This document shows positions 1-9,584 of a stretch of DNA of 64,000 nucleotides, piece by piece. Location of the stretch: the NCBI GenBank assembly GCA_963725865.1, contig CAVSAC010000012.1, positions 768,001 to 832,000 of the forward strand. The letters are read 5' to 3'. The first letter of the stretch is position 1. The number at the start of each line of letters is the position of its first letter. A program made the position numbers and the translations under genes. Below the pieces are notes generated by a model, which made no database searches, had not been told where the DNA came from, and saw nothing but the letters and a program-made list of their open reading frames with translations. Source of the DNA: Candidatus Eiseniibacteriota bacterium (GTDB lineage Bacteria > Eisenbacteria > RBG-16-71-46).

Positions 1-162
1 CACCTCCTGTCGCTCGCCGGCCTGTCGAAGGAAGCCAAGTTCCTGCCGCTGGGCGATCGCATCGAGATCTGGGATCCCACGCGCTACGCGGAGCGTCAGC
101 GCGGCGACGAGGTCGACCTGGTCAAGGGCGCGCAGCGCTATTTCGGAGGACCGCAATCGTGA
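1..162 (+). CDS. mraZ: MraZ, C-terminal part (truncated by window edge)
   Basis: Frame 1 reads HLLSLAGLSKEAKFLPLGDRIEIWDP...*, with the MraZ-type GDRIEIWD motif; first gene before rsmH; stop TGA 160-162. Confidence 0.8.
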   Translation, partial: HLLSLAGLSKEAKFLPLGDRIEIWDPTRYAERQRGDEVDLVKGAQRYFGGPQS

Positions 163-614
163 TCGCGCGGCCGCCGCTCACTCCCGGGCATCACTCGCTG
201 GCCGTGAACCTCCACCTGCGCCATGGCCACCCCGGCGCTCACGCGCGCGTCGAGCTCCACGAACGCATCTCCGGACGCGTGGCGCTCGTGCAGCTCATCG
301 GCGCGCTCGACGTCGCAGCGGTGGAGCGGCTCACGCGGGCGCTCGACGATCTGGCGTTGCGCGGCGTCGAGCAGCTGCTGGTCGATTGCGCGAGCCTCAA
401 TCACATCGACTACCGGGCGGTGCCCGGGCTCGCGCTGGCACTGTCACGATACGAGTGCCGCGCCGGCGGCGTGGTGGTGTGCGGACTGTCGCACTACCTG
501 CGGGATCTCTTCCGTCTCGCCGGCTGCGAGTCGGGCCTGCGCTGCTGGCCCTCGGCCGCCGAGCTGCTGGACGAACCGGTGGCCGTCGAGGCCACGCGTG
601 AGCGCGCGTCATGA
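159..614 (+). CDS. STAS-domain (anti-sigma antagonist-like) protein
   Basis: VALVQLIGALDV...LLVDCASLNHIDY...VVVCGLSHYLRDLFRLAG follows the STAS pattern; GTGA overlap with the mraZ stop. Confidence 0.75.
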   Translation: MIARPPLTPGHHSLAVNLHLRHGHPGAHARVELHERISGRVALVQLIGALDVAAVERLTRALDDLALRGVEQLLVDCASLNHIDYRAVPGLALALSRYECRAGGVVVCGLSHYLRDLFRLAGCESGLRCWPSAAELLDEPVAVEATRERAS

Positions 615-1530
615 GCCGGTCCTGCTCGAGGAGACCCTGCGCTTCCTCGCCCGCGGGTCGGGCCTCTACCTCGATGCCACGCTCGGCGACGGCGGGCACG
701 CCGCGGCGCTGCTGGACCGCGAGCCCGGCGCGCGCCTGCTCGGCTGCGACCGCGATCCGGTCTCGCTCGAGTTCGCGCGCGAGCGGCTCGCACCGTTCGG
801 AGGCCGCGTGATCCTCGCACACGCCACGTTCCGCGAGGTGCCCGCGGTGCACCGCGAGCAATGCGGCGGCGAGCCCCTCGCGGGCGCGCTGCTCGACCTC
901 GGATTGTCCTCGCGCCAGATCGACGATCCGGCGCGTGGCATCAGCTTCGGAAAGGACGGGCCGCTGGACCTGCGCATGGACGCGACCAGGGGTGAGCCCG
1001 TTACGCGCCACCTTGCCCGCACGGATGCGGGTGAGGTGGCGGCGGTCCTTCGCGAGCACGGCGACCTGCCGCAGGCGGGACGTCTCGCTCGCGCGCTGGT
1101 GGAGTCGGCGCAGGCCGGCACGCTCGAGACGACGCGCGCCCTGGTGGCGTGCATCGACCGCGCGTTCGGCGGGCGCCAGCATCCACGACGCTACGCACAG
1201 GTGTTCCAGGCATTGCGCATCTGGGTCAACGGCGAGGCCGAGGACCTGGATGCGATGTTGAAGTGGCTGCCGGACGCGATGCGTCCGGGCGGCGTGGTCG
1301 TGACCCTCGCCTATCACTCGGGCGAGGATCGCCGGATCAAGCGGGCGGTGCGCGGGACGCCACGGACGGCACCCGCGCGTCGCTCGCCGGCATCGCTGGA
1401 GGCGCGGTCCCCCGAGGGGCCGTGGGAAGAGGTCGTGCGTCGCGTCGTCACGCCGACGCCCGAAGAGGAGGGCCGCAACCCCCGCGCGCGGAGCGCGCGG
1501 CTGCGTGCTTTCCGGAGGACATCCGCATGA
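598..1530 (+). CDS. rsmH: 16S rRNA m4C1402 methyltransferase RsmH
   Basis: HEPVLLEE, DATLGDGGH, DLGLSS, PLDLRMD, FQALRI, YHSGEDR, NPRARSA motifs; GTG start inferred at 598. Confidence 0.95.
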   Translation: MSARHEPVLLEETLRFLARGSGLYLDATLGDGGHAAALLDREPGARLLGCDRDPVSLEFARERLAPFGGRVILAHATFREVPAVHREQCGGEPLAGALLDLGLSSRQIDDPARGISFGKDGPLDLRMDATRGEPVTRHLARTDAGEVAAVLREHGDLPQAGRLARALVESAQAGTLETTRALVACIDRAFGGRQHPRRYAQVFQALRIWVNGEAEDLDAMLKWLPDAMRPGGVVVTLAYHSGEDRRIKRAVRGTPRTAPARRSPASLEARSPEGPWEEVVRRVVTPTPEEEGRNPRARSARLRAFRRTSA

Positions 1531-1967
1531 ACGGTGGTCCCCGTCGTTCGCGCCCCTCCTGGCGTGTCCCCGAAGGGCGCGCCATCCGGCCGGAGCTGTG
1601 GCTCGTCGCCGCCGCCACGGTCGGGATGCTGCTGGTCGAGGTGTGGCTGAGCTCGCGTGTCGCGGAGCTCTCGCTGGACCTGGATCGGAACCGTACGGCA
1701 CTGGTGGCCGCGCAGGCACGACTGGAGTTCGTGAACGCGCAGCTCGAGCGCCAGACCACCCGTGCGACGCTCGCCCCGCTCGCGGCCGAGCTGGGGCTGT
1801 CGCCGGCCGACGCCCGACAGGTGGTGGTGCTGCCCGCCGCGTATCTCGCGGCCGCGCGGCCCTCCACTCGAAGCGGAGACGCTTCGTCGATCGTGGCGTG
1901 GGCGGAAAGGGCCTCTCGCGTGCTCGTGCCGGATGCCATGGCGCGGAGCCGCGGCTGGAAGGACTGA
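1527..1967 (+). CDS. ftsL: FtsL-like cell division protein
   Basis: Short N-terminus, one TM segment, then coiled coil; between rsmH and ftsI; ATGA overlap and GGAGG SD. Confidence 0.7.
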   Translation: MNGGPRRSRPSWRVPEGRAIRPELWLVAAATVGMLLVEVWLSSRVAELSLDLDRNRTALVAAQARLEFVNAQLERQTTRATLAPLAAELGLSPADARQVVVLPAAYLAAARPSTRSGDASSIVAWAERASRVLVPDAMARSRGWKD

Positions 1968-2078
1968 AAGGGAATAGGACGCGTGTCGCGTCCGGTCCGA
2001 GGGGCCGGTCGCACCACCGCACCGCGCAAGTGACGGCCCGGCGGTCTGCGTGAACCGCCGTTCCAGGGAGGGAAGCAG

Positions 2079-4220
2079 TTGGCCCACACGGAAATGCGCA
2101 GGAGTCGGGTGCTGGTGGCTGCGGCCGGCCTGTTCTTCGGCCTGCTGGTGCTCTGGGCGCGCGTGGCGTGGCTCCAGATCGCCATGCACGGCGTCTACGA
2201 AGCACGCGCCGAGCGCAACCAGGAGCAGCGCGTGCTCGTGCGCCCGATGCGCGGCAACCTGCTCGACCGCCAGGGGCGCCCGCTCGCGCGCGACCTGCTG
2301 ACCTACTCGGTCGCCGTGGTGCCGCGCGAGATGAAGGATCCGGCGGGCGCCGCGCGCTCGCTCGCCAAGGTCCTCGACCTCGACGCGAAGAAGCTCCGCC
2401 GCGAGTTCCAGGCGCGCCCGCGCTACCTGGTCGTGGCGCGGCGCGTGGCGCCCGACGCGGGCCAGGCGATCGCGGGCTGGAAGCTGCGCGGGGTGTACCT
2501 CTCGGTCGAGACCCAGCGCGAATACCTGCTCGGCAGCGCGGCGCAGGAGATCCTCGGGCGCACCGACGTCGACGACATCGGGGTCGAGGGTCTCGAGCTG
2601 CAGTACGACGAGGTGCTGCGCGGGCGCCCCGGCTGGACGACCCTGTTCCGCGACGGCCGCGGCGGCACGCACGCGCTGGCGCGCGGCCTGCGCCGCAGTC
2701 CGACCGACGGCCAGCACGTCGTGCTCACGCTCGACGCCGATCTGCAGGGCATCCTGGAATCGCACCTGCTCCGCGCGTGCGACACGCTGCAGGCGGTGCG
2801 TGCGTTCGGGCTCTTCCTCGATCCGCGCACGGGCGAGATCCTCGCCGCCGCGAACGTGCCGCACCTGCCCGCGGGGCAATCGCGCAACTGGAACTTCACC
2901 GACCAGTTCGAGCCCGGCTCGACCTACAAGATGGTGGTCGCCGGCGCCGCCCTCGAGGAGGGCGTGGTCAAGCCCACCGACGTGCTCGAGGCCGCGGCCG
3001 ACGGCGTCGCGCTGGTGGCGCCCGGCTGCGTGCTGCACGACTCGCACAAGGCCGCGCTGTTCACGTTCTTCGACGCCGTGCGCTGGTCGAGCAACATCTG
3101 CATGGCACGACTCGCGATCAAGCTGGGGGGCGAGCGCTACTACCGCTACGCGACCGCGCTCGGCTTCGGCAGCCTCACCGGGGTCGAGTTTCCCGGCGAG
3201 ACCGGGGGCAAGCTGCGCAGCCCCGACCACTGGTCGGGGCGCTCGCTGCCCACGCTCGCGATCGGGCACGAGGTCACCGTGACACCGCTCCAGCTCGCGC
3301 TCGCCTACGCCGCCGTCGCCAACGGCGGCGTCCTCATGCAGCCCATGCTGGTCCGCGAGGTGCGCGACGACGACGGCCGCGTGACGCGCCGCTTCGAGCC
3401 GCGCGCGCAACGCCGCGTGTTCAGCGAGGCCACGACGTCGACGCTGCGCACGCTGCTCGCGGCCGTCGTGGACAGCGGGACGGCGCGGCCCGCGCGGGTA
3501 CCGGGACTCCACATCGGGGGCAAGACGGGAACCGCGCAGAAGTACGACCCTCGCACCCACACCTACGGCGCGCACATGTTCGTCTCCTCGTTCGTCGGCT
3601 TCACGCCCGCCGAGGCCCCCACGCTGGTGGGAGTGGTGGTGATCGACGAGCCGCGCGGGCCCAGGCACTTCGGCGGCGAGGTGGCGGGGCCGGTGTTCCG
3701 CGAGGTGATGATGGACCTGCGCCGCCTGCCGGATGGTCCGCTCGACCTGGCCTCGACCGCCGTCGCCGCGCGACCGCCGGCGCCCGCGCCGGTCGTGGTG
3801 CCGGATCTGCGCCTGCTGCTCGCGCGCGCCGCCGAGGAGCGCCTGGGCGACCGCGGATTGCGCGCGCACTTCGAGGGCGCGGGCGCGCGCGCGCTCGCGC
3901 AGTGGCCGGCGGCCGGGCAGGCGATCGAGCGCGGCGGCAGCGTGACGGTGTGGCTGTCGGCGCCGCCGGACTCCACCGCCGGCCGCATGCCGGAGCTCGC
4001 CGGACTCTCGGTGCGCGCGGCGCTGCGGCGCCTCGCGATGCTGGGTGCGCGGGTGACCATCGAGGGCGCGGGACTGGTGGTGCGCCAGTCGCCGGAGCCG
4101 GGCGCGCCGCTGGCTCCGGGCGCCACCTGCCGGCTGTGGTGCGAGCCCGGACCGACGATGACGATGGCGCGACCGTTCTCGGCGGCGGTCGCCGTCGCGG
4201 GAGGGCCAGGGACGCCGTGA
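2079..4220 (+). CDS. ftsI: Class B PBP FtsI with two C-terminal PASTA-like domains
   Basis: N-terminal TM, RGNLLDR, EPGSTYK (SxxK), SSN, KTGT; PASTA-like VVVPDL and MPELAGLS repeats. Confidence 0.93.
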   Translation: MAHTEMRRSRVLVAAAGLFFGLLVLWARVAWLQIAMHGVYEARAERNQEQRVLVRPMRGNLLDRQGRPLARDLLTYSVAVVPREMKDPAGAARSLAKVLDLDAKKLRREFQARPRYLVVARRVAPDAGQAIAGWKLRGVYLSVETQREYLLGSAAQEILGRTDVDDIGVEGLELQYDEVLRGRPGWTTLFRDGRGGTHALARGLRRSPTDGQHVVLTLDADLQGILESHLLRACDTLQAVRAFGLFLDPRTGEILAAANVPHLPAGQSRNWNFTDQFEPGSTYKMVVAGAALEEGVVKPTDVLEAAADGVALVAPGCVLHDSHKAALFTFFDAVRWSSNICMARLAIKLGGERYYRYATALGFGSLTGVEFPGETGGKLRSPDHWSGRSLPTLAIGHEVTVTPLQLALAYAAVANGGVLMQPMLVREVRDDDGRVTRRFEPRAQRRVFSEATTSTLRTLLAAVVDSGTARPARVPGLHIGGKTGTAQKYDPRTHTYGAHMFVSSFVGFTPAEAPTLVGVVVIDEPRGPRHFGGEVAGPVFREVMMDLRRLPDGPLDLASTAVAARPPAPAPVVVPDLRLLLARAAEERLGDRGLRAHFEGAGARALAQWPAAGQAIERGGSVTVWLSAPPDSTAGRMPELAGLSVRAALRRLAMLGARVTIEGAGLVVRQSPEPGAPLAPGATCRLWCEPGPTMTMARPFSAAVAVAGGPGTP

Positions 4221-5695
4221 CCCTGCGCGAGGTGCTCGAGGACGTGGACGTGGCGGCGCCGGCGGCGCGCCCCGAGGTCGAGGTGACCGGGCTGTGCCTC
4301 GACTCGCGCCGGGTGCGGCCCGGCGACCTGTTCTTCGGCCTCGCGGGGCTCAAGGCCGACGGAGGCGCGTTTGCGCGCGCGGCCCTCGGCGCCGGTGCGG
4401 CCGCGGTGGTGGTGGGCTCCGAGGTCGCGCTCGCGGGCGAGACCGTGGTGCGCGTGCACGAGCCGCGCAAGGCGCTCGCTCAGGCGGCGTGCCGGTTCCA
4501 CGGTTACCCATCGCGCACGCTGCGCGTGTTCGCGGTGACGGGGACCAACGGCAAGACCACGACGACGTACCTGCTGCATGCGGTGCTCGAGGCCGCAGGC
4601 CTCGCGGCCGGGCTGCTCGGCACCACCGGGGCACGGCTCGGGGGCGAGGTCCGCGCCTCGGCGTTCACCACGCCCGAGGCGCCCGAGCTGCAGGAACTGC
4701 TGCGCGAGATGGTCGAGCGCGGGCTCGCCGCGGTGGCGCTCGAGGTGAGCAGCCACGCGCTGGTGCAGCGGCGCGCGTTTGGGCTCGAGTGCGACGTGGT
4801 GGCGTTCACCAACCTCAGCCACGACCACCTCGACTTCCACGGCACCCTCGAGGCCTATCTCGACGCCAAGCTGATGCTGTTCGACGGCCGCAACGGCGGG
4901 CGCGGCGCCAAGCGCGCGACCGCGGTCGTGAACGCGGACGATCCGGCCGCCTCCCGGGTGCGCGAGGCCGCGCACGCGGGTGGACTGGCGCTGCGCACCT
5001 ACGGCGCGTCGCACGACGCCGACGTGCGGATCCGCGCTGTGGCCGCGCGCGCCGGCGGACTCGACGTGACGCTGCTGGAGGCCGGCGAGCCGGTGCAGCT
5101 CGCGCTCCCGCTGCTCGGGCGCTACAACGCCTGGAACGCCGCGTGCGCCTACACCGCGGCGCGTGTGCTGGGCATCGACGGGGCGATCGCGGCGCGTGCC
5201 CTGGACGCCGCCCCCGGCGTGCCGGGACGGCTCGAGCGCGTGGTGGCCGGACAGCCCTTCGAGGTCGTGGTGGACTACGCGCACACCCCGGACGCGCTGG
5301 CGCGCGCGCTCGCCGCGGCGCGCGAGCACGCGCGCGGCCGCGTGATCGTGGTGTTCGGCTGCGGGGGCGACCGCGACCGCGCCAAGCGCCCCGTGATGGG
5401 TGGCATCGCCGCGGCGGACGCCGATCTCGCGATCGTCACCAGCGACAACCCGCGCAGCGAGGACCCGGCGGCGATCGTCGAGGAGATCGTGCAGGGGGCC
5501 CCGGCGGGCCGGCTGCGCGTGGAGCTGGACCGGCGCGCCGCCATCCAGGCGGCGCTGGCAGCGGCGCAGGCGGGTGATATCGTCGTCCTCGCGGGCAAGG
5601 GCCACGAGACCACGCAGACGATCGGGTCCGCGGTGCTGCCGTTCGACGACCGGGCGGTGGCGCGCGAGATGCTGGCCGCGGGAGAAGCGCCATGA
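4217..5695 (+). CDS. murE: UDP-MurNAc-tripeptide synthetase MurE
   Basis: VTGTNGKTT, EVSSH, DYAHTPD, GCGGDRD, DNPR (mDAP-type), GKGHE; GTG start overlaps ftsI stop. Confidence 0.95.
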   Translation: MTLREVLEDVDVAAPAARPEVEVTGLCLDSRRVRPGDLFFGLAGLKADGGAFARAALGAGAAAVVVGSEVALAGETVVRVHEPRKALAQAACRFHGYPSRTLRVFAVTGTNGKTTTTYLLHAVLEAAGLAAGLLGTTGARLGGEVRASAFTTPEAPELQELLREMVERGLAAVALEVSSHALVQRRAFGLECDVVAFTNLSHDHLDFHGTLEAYLDAKLMLFDGRNGGRGAKRATAVVNADDPAASRVREAAHAGGLALRTYGASHDADVRIRAVAARAGGLDVTLLEAGEPVQLALPLLGRYNAWNAACAYTAARVLGIDGAIAARALDAAPGVPGRLERVVAGQPFEVVVDYAHTPDALARALAAAREHARGRVIVVFGCGGDRDRAKRPVMGGIAAADADLAIVTSDNPRSEDPAAIVEEIVQGAPAGRLRVELDRRAAIQAALAAAQAGDIVVLAGKGHETTQTIGSAVLPFDDRAVAREMLAAGEAP

Positions 5696-7107
5696 GCGCG
5701 TTCGCGACCACGCCGACCATCGGTCTGGTGCAGCTCGCCCGCTGGAGCCGCGGCGACCTGGTGGTGCGCGAGGTGCCCGGCGATCCGCTCGCCCGCGAGG
5801 CGCTGCTGCGCGCGGGCATCGACGGCGCCTCGATCGACACCCGCACGCTCGCGCCCGGGCAGCTGTTCGTGCCGCTGTCGGGCAGCCGCGTCGATGGCCA
5901 CGCCTTCCTCGGCGAGGCGTTCGCGCGCGGCGCCGCGGTCGCGCTGTGCGCGCGATCGCACCACGCCAGCATCGCCGGCCGCGAGCCGGGACCTCTGGTG
6001 GTGGTGGACGACGTGACCGAGGCCCTGCAGCGCATCGCGCGCGGCCATCGCGAGACGTGGACCGGCACGCTGATCGGCGTCACCGGCAGCGTCGGCAAGA
6101 CCACGACCAAGGAGCTGGTGGCGGCGGCGCTCGCGAGCGCCGTGCCGACGCTGAAGACCGAGGGGAACCTGAACAACCACTGGGGCGTGCCGCTCACGCT
6201 GCTGCGGCTGGGTCCCGCGCACCGTGCCGCGGTCGTGGAGATGGCGATGAACCACCCCGGCGAGATCGCGGCACTCGCGGCCCTCGCGCAGCCGGGCGTG
6301 GCGGTGCTCACGTTCGCCGGCAGCGCGCACCTCGAGCACCTGGGCTCGCTCGAGGCGATCGCCGCCGAGAAGGCCTCGCTCGCCCGCTCGCTCGACGCGC
6401 GCGGGGTGGCGTTCGTCAACGCCGATTCGCCGCGGTTGGTCGCCGCGGTGCAGGGCGTCCGCGCCCGCCTCGTGACGTACGGACTGGCGGCGGGCGCCGA
6501 CGTGCGCCCGCGCCGCGTCGAGTCGCTCGGCGAGCGCGGCAGCCGCGTCGAGGTCGACGGCTTCCCGGCGTTCACGCTCGGCCTCCCCGGACGCCACCAG
6601 GTGGCGAACGTGCTCGCGGCGCTGGCGGTCGCGCGCGAGCTGCGCCTCGCGCCGGAGGCGGTGACGCGCGCGCTGGAGGCGTGCCGCCCCACGCGCGGGC
6701 GGATGGAGATCCGCCATCTGCGCGGCGCCACGCTGCTGGTCGACTGCTACAACGCCAATCCCGAGTCGATGCGCGCGGCGCTGGAGACGCTGGCCGGCTG
6801 GCCGGCGGCGAACCGGCGGATCGCCGTGCTGGGGGACATGCTCGAGCTGGGCGAGGATGCGCCCCGCCTGCATCGCGAGACCGCGACGGTCGCGCGCGAG
6901 ACCGAGGTGTGGGCCACCGGGCGGTATGCGTCGGAGCTGATCGCGGGCGCCCGGGCCGCGGGGGCGCCGGCGCGCGAGTTCGATGGGATCGCGCCGCTGC
7001 GCGAGTCCCTCCGCGCCGCGCTGGCGGACGGCGTGGTGGTGCTGATCAAGGCTTCCCGCGGCGCCGCGCTCGAGCGCGTGATCGACGGCCTCGAAGGCGA
7101 GGGCTGA
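5692..7107 (+). CDS. murF: MurF ligase
   Basis: TGSVGKTTTKE, NLNNHWGVP, DCYNANPESM, LGDMLELG, KASRG. Confidence 0.95.
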   Translation: MSAFATTPTIGLVQLARWSRGDLVVREVPGDPLAREALLRAGIDGASIDTRTLAPGQLFVPLSGSRVDGHAFLGEAFARGAAVALCARSHHASIAGREPGPLVVVDDVTEALQRIARGHRETWTGTLIGVTGSVGKTTTKELVAAALASAVPTLKTEGNLNNHWGVPLTLLRLGPAHRAAVVEMAMNHPGEIAALAALAQPGVAVLTFAGSAHLEHLGSLEAIAAEKASLARSLDARGVAFVNADSPRLVAAVQGVRARLVTYGLAAGADVRPRRVESLGERGSRVEVDGFPAFTLGLPGRHQVANVLAALAVARELRLAPEAVTRALEACRPTRGRMEIRHLRGATLLVDCYNANPESMRAALETLAGWPAANRRIAVLGDMLELGEDAPRLHRETATVARETEVWATGRYASELIAGARAAGAPAREFDGIAPLRESLRAALADGVVVLIKASRGAALERVIDGLEGEG

Positions 7108-7110
7108 CCC

Positions 7111-8202
7111 GTGTTCCACGAATGGATCTTCCCGCTCCACACGCTGCCCGGCCTGTCGGCGTTGAACGTCTTCCGCTACATCACGTTCCGCGCCGCGTAC
7201 GCCGCGGTGACCGCGCTCATGCTGTGCTACGTGCTGGGCCCGCACATGATCCTGTGGCTGCGGCGGGTCAAGCTGGGGCAGAAGGTGCGCCGCGAAGGAC
7301 CGCAGACGCACCTCGCGAAGGCCGGCACGCCGACGATGGGCGGACTGCTGATCGTCACGTCGATCGTGGTGCCCACGCTGCTGTGGGGCAACTTCCATTC
7401 GCGCCCGATGTGGCTCGCGCTGCTCGCGACCGTGTGGCTCGGCGCGCTCGGATTCCTGGACGACTGGCTCCGCGTGGTGAAGGGGGCCCCCAAGGGCCTG
7501 CTCGGCCGCTACAAGCTGATCGGTCAGGTCACGATCGGCGCGCTCGTCGGCCTGGTGCTCGTGGTGTGGCCGGAGCCGGGGATGCCCGCGACCGTGACGC
7601 ACGTGCCGTTCCTCAAGTTCCAGTTCATCGACTTCGGATGGCTGTTCGTGCCGTTCGTGATCCTGGTCGTGACCGCCTCCTCGAACGCGGTCAACCTCAC
7701 CGACGGACTCGACGGCCTGGCGTCGGGCCTGGTGGCGATCGCGGCCCTGGCGCTCGCGGGGATGTGCTACCTGAGCGGGCACGCGAAGTTCAGCGCCTAC
7801 CTGAACCTCTCGTTCCTGGTCTACAGCGGCGAGCTGACGGTGTTCTGCGCCGCGGTGCTGGGCGCGGCGCTCGGATTCCTGTGGTTCAACTGCCACCCCG
7901 CCGACGTGTTCATGGGTGACACCGGATCGCTGGCACTCGGCGGCGCGCTCGGCGTGGTGTCGGTGCTCATCAAGCGCGAGTTCTGGCTGGTGCTGATCGG
8001 CGGCGTGTTCGTGGCCGAGACGCTCTCGGTGATGATCCAGGTCGTCTCGTTCAAGCTGCGGGGCCAGCGGGTGTTCCGCATGGCGCCCCTCCACCATCAT
8101 TTCGAGCTCGGGGGCTGGAGCGAGTCGCGCGTGGTGCTGCGGTTCTACATCATCGGCGCGCTGCTCGCCCTGCTCTCGCTCTCGACGCTGAAGCTCCAAT
8201 GA
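7111..8202 (+). CDS. mraY: Phospho-MurNAc-pentapeptide transferase MraY
   Basis: KAGTPTMGG, NAVNLTDGLDGL, FMGDTGS, MAPLHHHFE; multi-TM. Confidence 0.97.
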   Translation: MFHEWIFPLHTLPGLSALNVFRYITFRAAYAAVTALMLCYVLGPHMILWLRRVKLGQKVRREGPQTHLAKAGTPTMGGLLIVTSIVVPTLLWGNFHSRPMWLALLATVWLGALGFLDDWLRVVKGAPKGLLGRYKLIGQVTIGALVGLVLVVWPEPGMPATVTHVPFLKFQFIDFGWLFVPFVILVVTASSNAVNLTDGLDGLASGLVAIAALALAGMCYLSGHAKFSAYLNLSFLVYSGELTVFCAAVLGAALGFLWFNCHPADVFMGDTGSLALGGALGVVSVLIKREFWLVLIGGVFVAETLSVMIQVVSFKLRGQRVFRMAPLHHHFELGGWSESRVVLRFYIIGALLALLSLSTLKLQ

Positions 8203-9584
8203 CGATCGACGCCCGGCATCCGCTTCCCGGCCGCAGCGCCCTGGTGGCGGGCGCGGCGCGCTCCGGCATCGCGGCGGCGCGGCTGCTGCGGCGCCACGGC
8301 GTGGACGTGACCGTGTGCGACCGCCGCACCGCGGCGCAGGCGGGCGACGCCGCGGTCGCGCTCGCCTCGCTCGGCGTCACCACGGTCTGGGGCCGCGACG
8401 ACGCCGGCCTGCTCGACGGGTGCGAGTTCGTGGTGTGGAGCCCCGGCATCCCGATCGACCATCCCCTGGCGCAGGCGGCCCGCGCGGCGCGGATCCCGCT
8501 GGTGTCCGAGCTCGAGCTCGGCTACCTGGCCGCGCACGCGCCGCTCGTGTGCGTGACCGGCACCAACGGCAAGAGCACCACCGCGCACCTGACCGGCGCG
8601 CTGCTGCGGGCGGCCGGGCGCGAGGTCGAGGTGTGCGGGAACATCGGACGCGCGCTGTGCGAGGTGGCCGAGGAGGTGCGTCCTTCGGGCCTGCTGGTCG
8701 TCGAGGTCTCGTCCTTCCAGCTCGAGACCGTCGAGCGCCTGCACCCGTTCATCGCGGCCTGGCTCAACCTGACGCCCGATCACCTCGAGCGCCACGGCAG
8801 CCTGGACGCCTACGGCGCCACCAAGGCGCGCCTGTTCGCGCGCCAGGCCGAGAGCGACTACGCGGTGTGGAACGCCGACGATCCCGAGGTGATGGCGCGG
8901 CGGGCCGGCGCGGCCTCGCCGCTCACGTTCTCGATCCGCGGCGCGGTCGACCCCGGCGCCTACGCGGCCGCGGGCCGGTTCGCGCTGGCTTGGCGCGGGG
9001 GCGTCGAGCCCGTGATCGAGACCCGCGAGCTGAAGCTGCGGGGCGACCACAACCGCGCGAACGTCGCGGCCGCGCTTGCGATCACGCTGCCGCTGGAGAT
9101 CGCGCCCTCGACGCTGCGCGCGGTGCTGCGCGACTATCGTGGGCTCGAGCACCGGCTGGAGACGGCCGGCCTGGTGGACGGCGTGGAGTTCGTGAACGAC
9201 TCCAAGGCCACGAACCTCGATTCGATGACCGTGGCGCTGCAGTCGTTCGACGAGCCGCTGGTGCTGATCGCCGGCGGCCGCGACAAGGGCCAGGATTTCG
9301 CGCCCTCGCGCGCGCTGGTGCAGGCGCGCGCGCGCCACGTGGTGTTGATCGGCGAGGGTGCCGAGCGGATCGCAGCCGCGTGGGCGGGGATCGACCAGAG
9401 CCGTGCGGGCTCGCTCGCGGAGGCGGTGCAGCGGGCCCACGACGAGGCGCTGCGCGCCGGGGCGCGGGTCGTGCTGCTGTCGCCCGCGTGCGCGTCGTAC
9501 GACATGTTCCAGGACTTCGAGGAGCGCGGCCGCCAGTTCAAGGCCGAGGTGGCGAAGCTGCGCGCGAAACGGGAGGCGGTGTGA
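8199..9584 (+). CDS. murD: MurD ligase
   Basis: TGTNGKSTT, EVSSFQL, NDSKATN, LLSPACASYD. Confidence 0.96.
   Translation: MTIDARHPLPGRSALVAGAARSGIAAARLLRRHGVDVTVCDRRTAAQAGDAAVALASLGVTTVWGRDDAGLLDGCEFVVWSPGIPIDHPLAQAARAARIPLVSELELGYLAAHAPLVCVTGTNGKSTTAHLTGALLRAAGREVEVCGNIGRALCEVAEEVRPSGLLVVEVSSFQLETVERLHPFIAAWLNLTPDHLERHGSLDAYGATKARLFARQAESDYAVWNADDPEVMARRAGAASPLTFSIRGAVDPGAYAAAGRFALAWRGGVEPVIETRELKLRGDHNRANVAAALAITLPLEIAPSTLRAVLRDYRGLEHRLETAGLVDGVEFVNDSKATNLDSMTVALQSFDEPLVLIAGGRDKGQDFAPSRALVQARARHVVLIGEGAERIAAAWAGIDQSRAGSLAEAVQRAHDEALRAGARVVLLSPACASYDMFQDFEERGRQFKAEVAKLRAKREAV

Noticed and set aside
2168..5695. 1175-aa ORF suggesting an FtsI-MurE fusion
   Set aside because: The N-terminal part is a shadow frame of ftsI; ftsI ends at TGA 4220 and murE starts at GTG 4217
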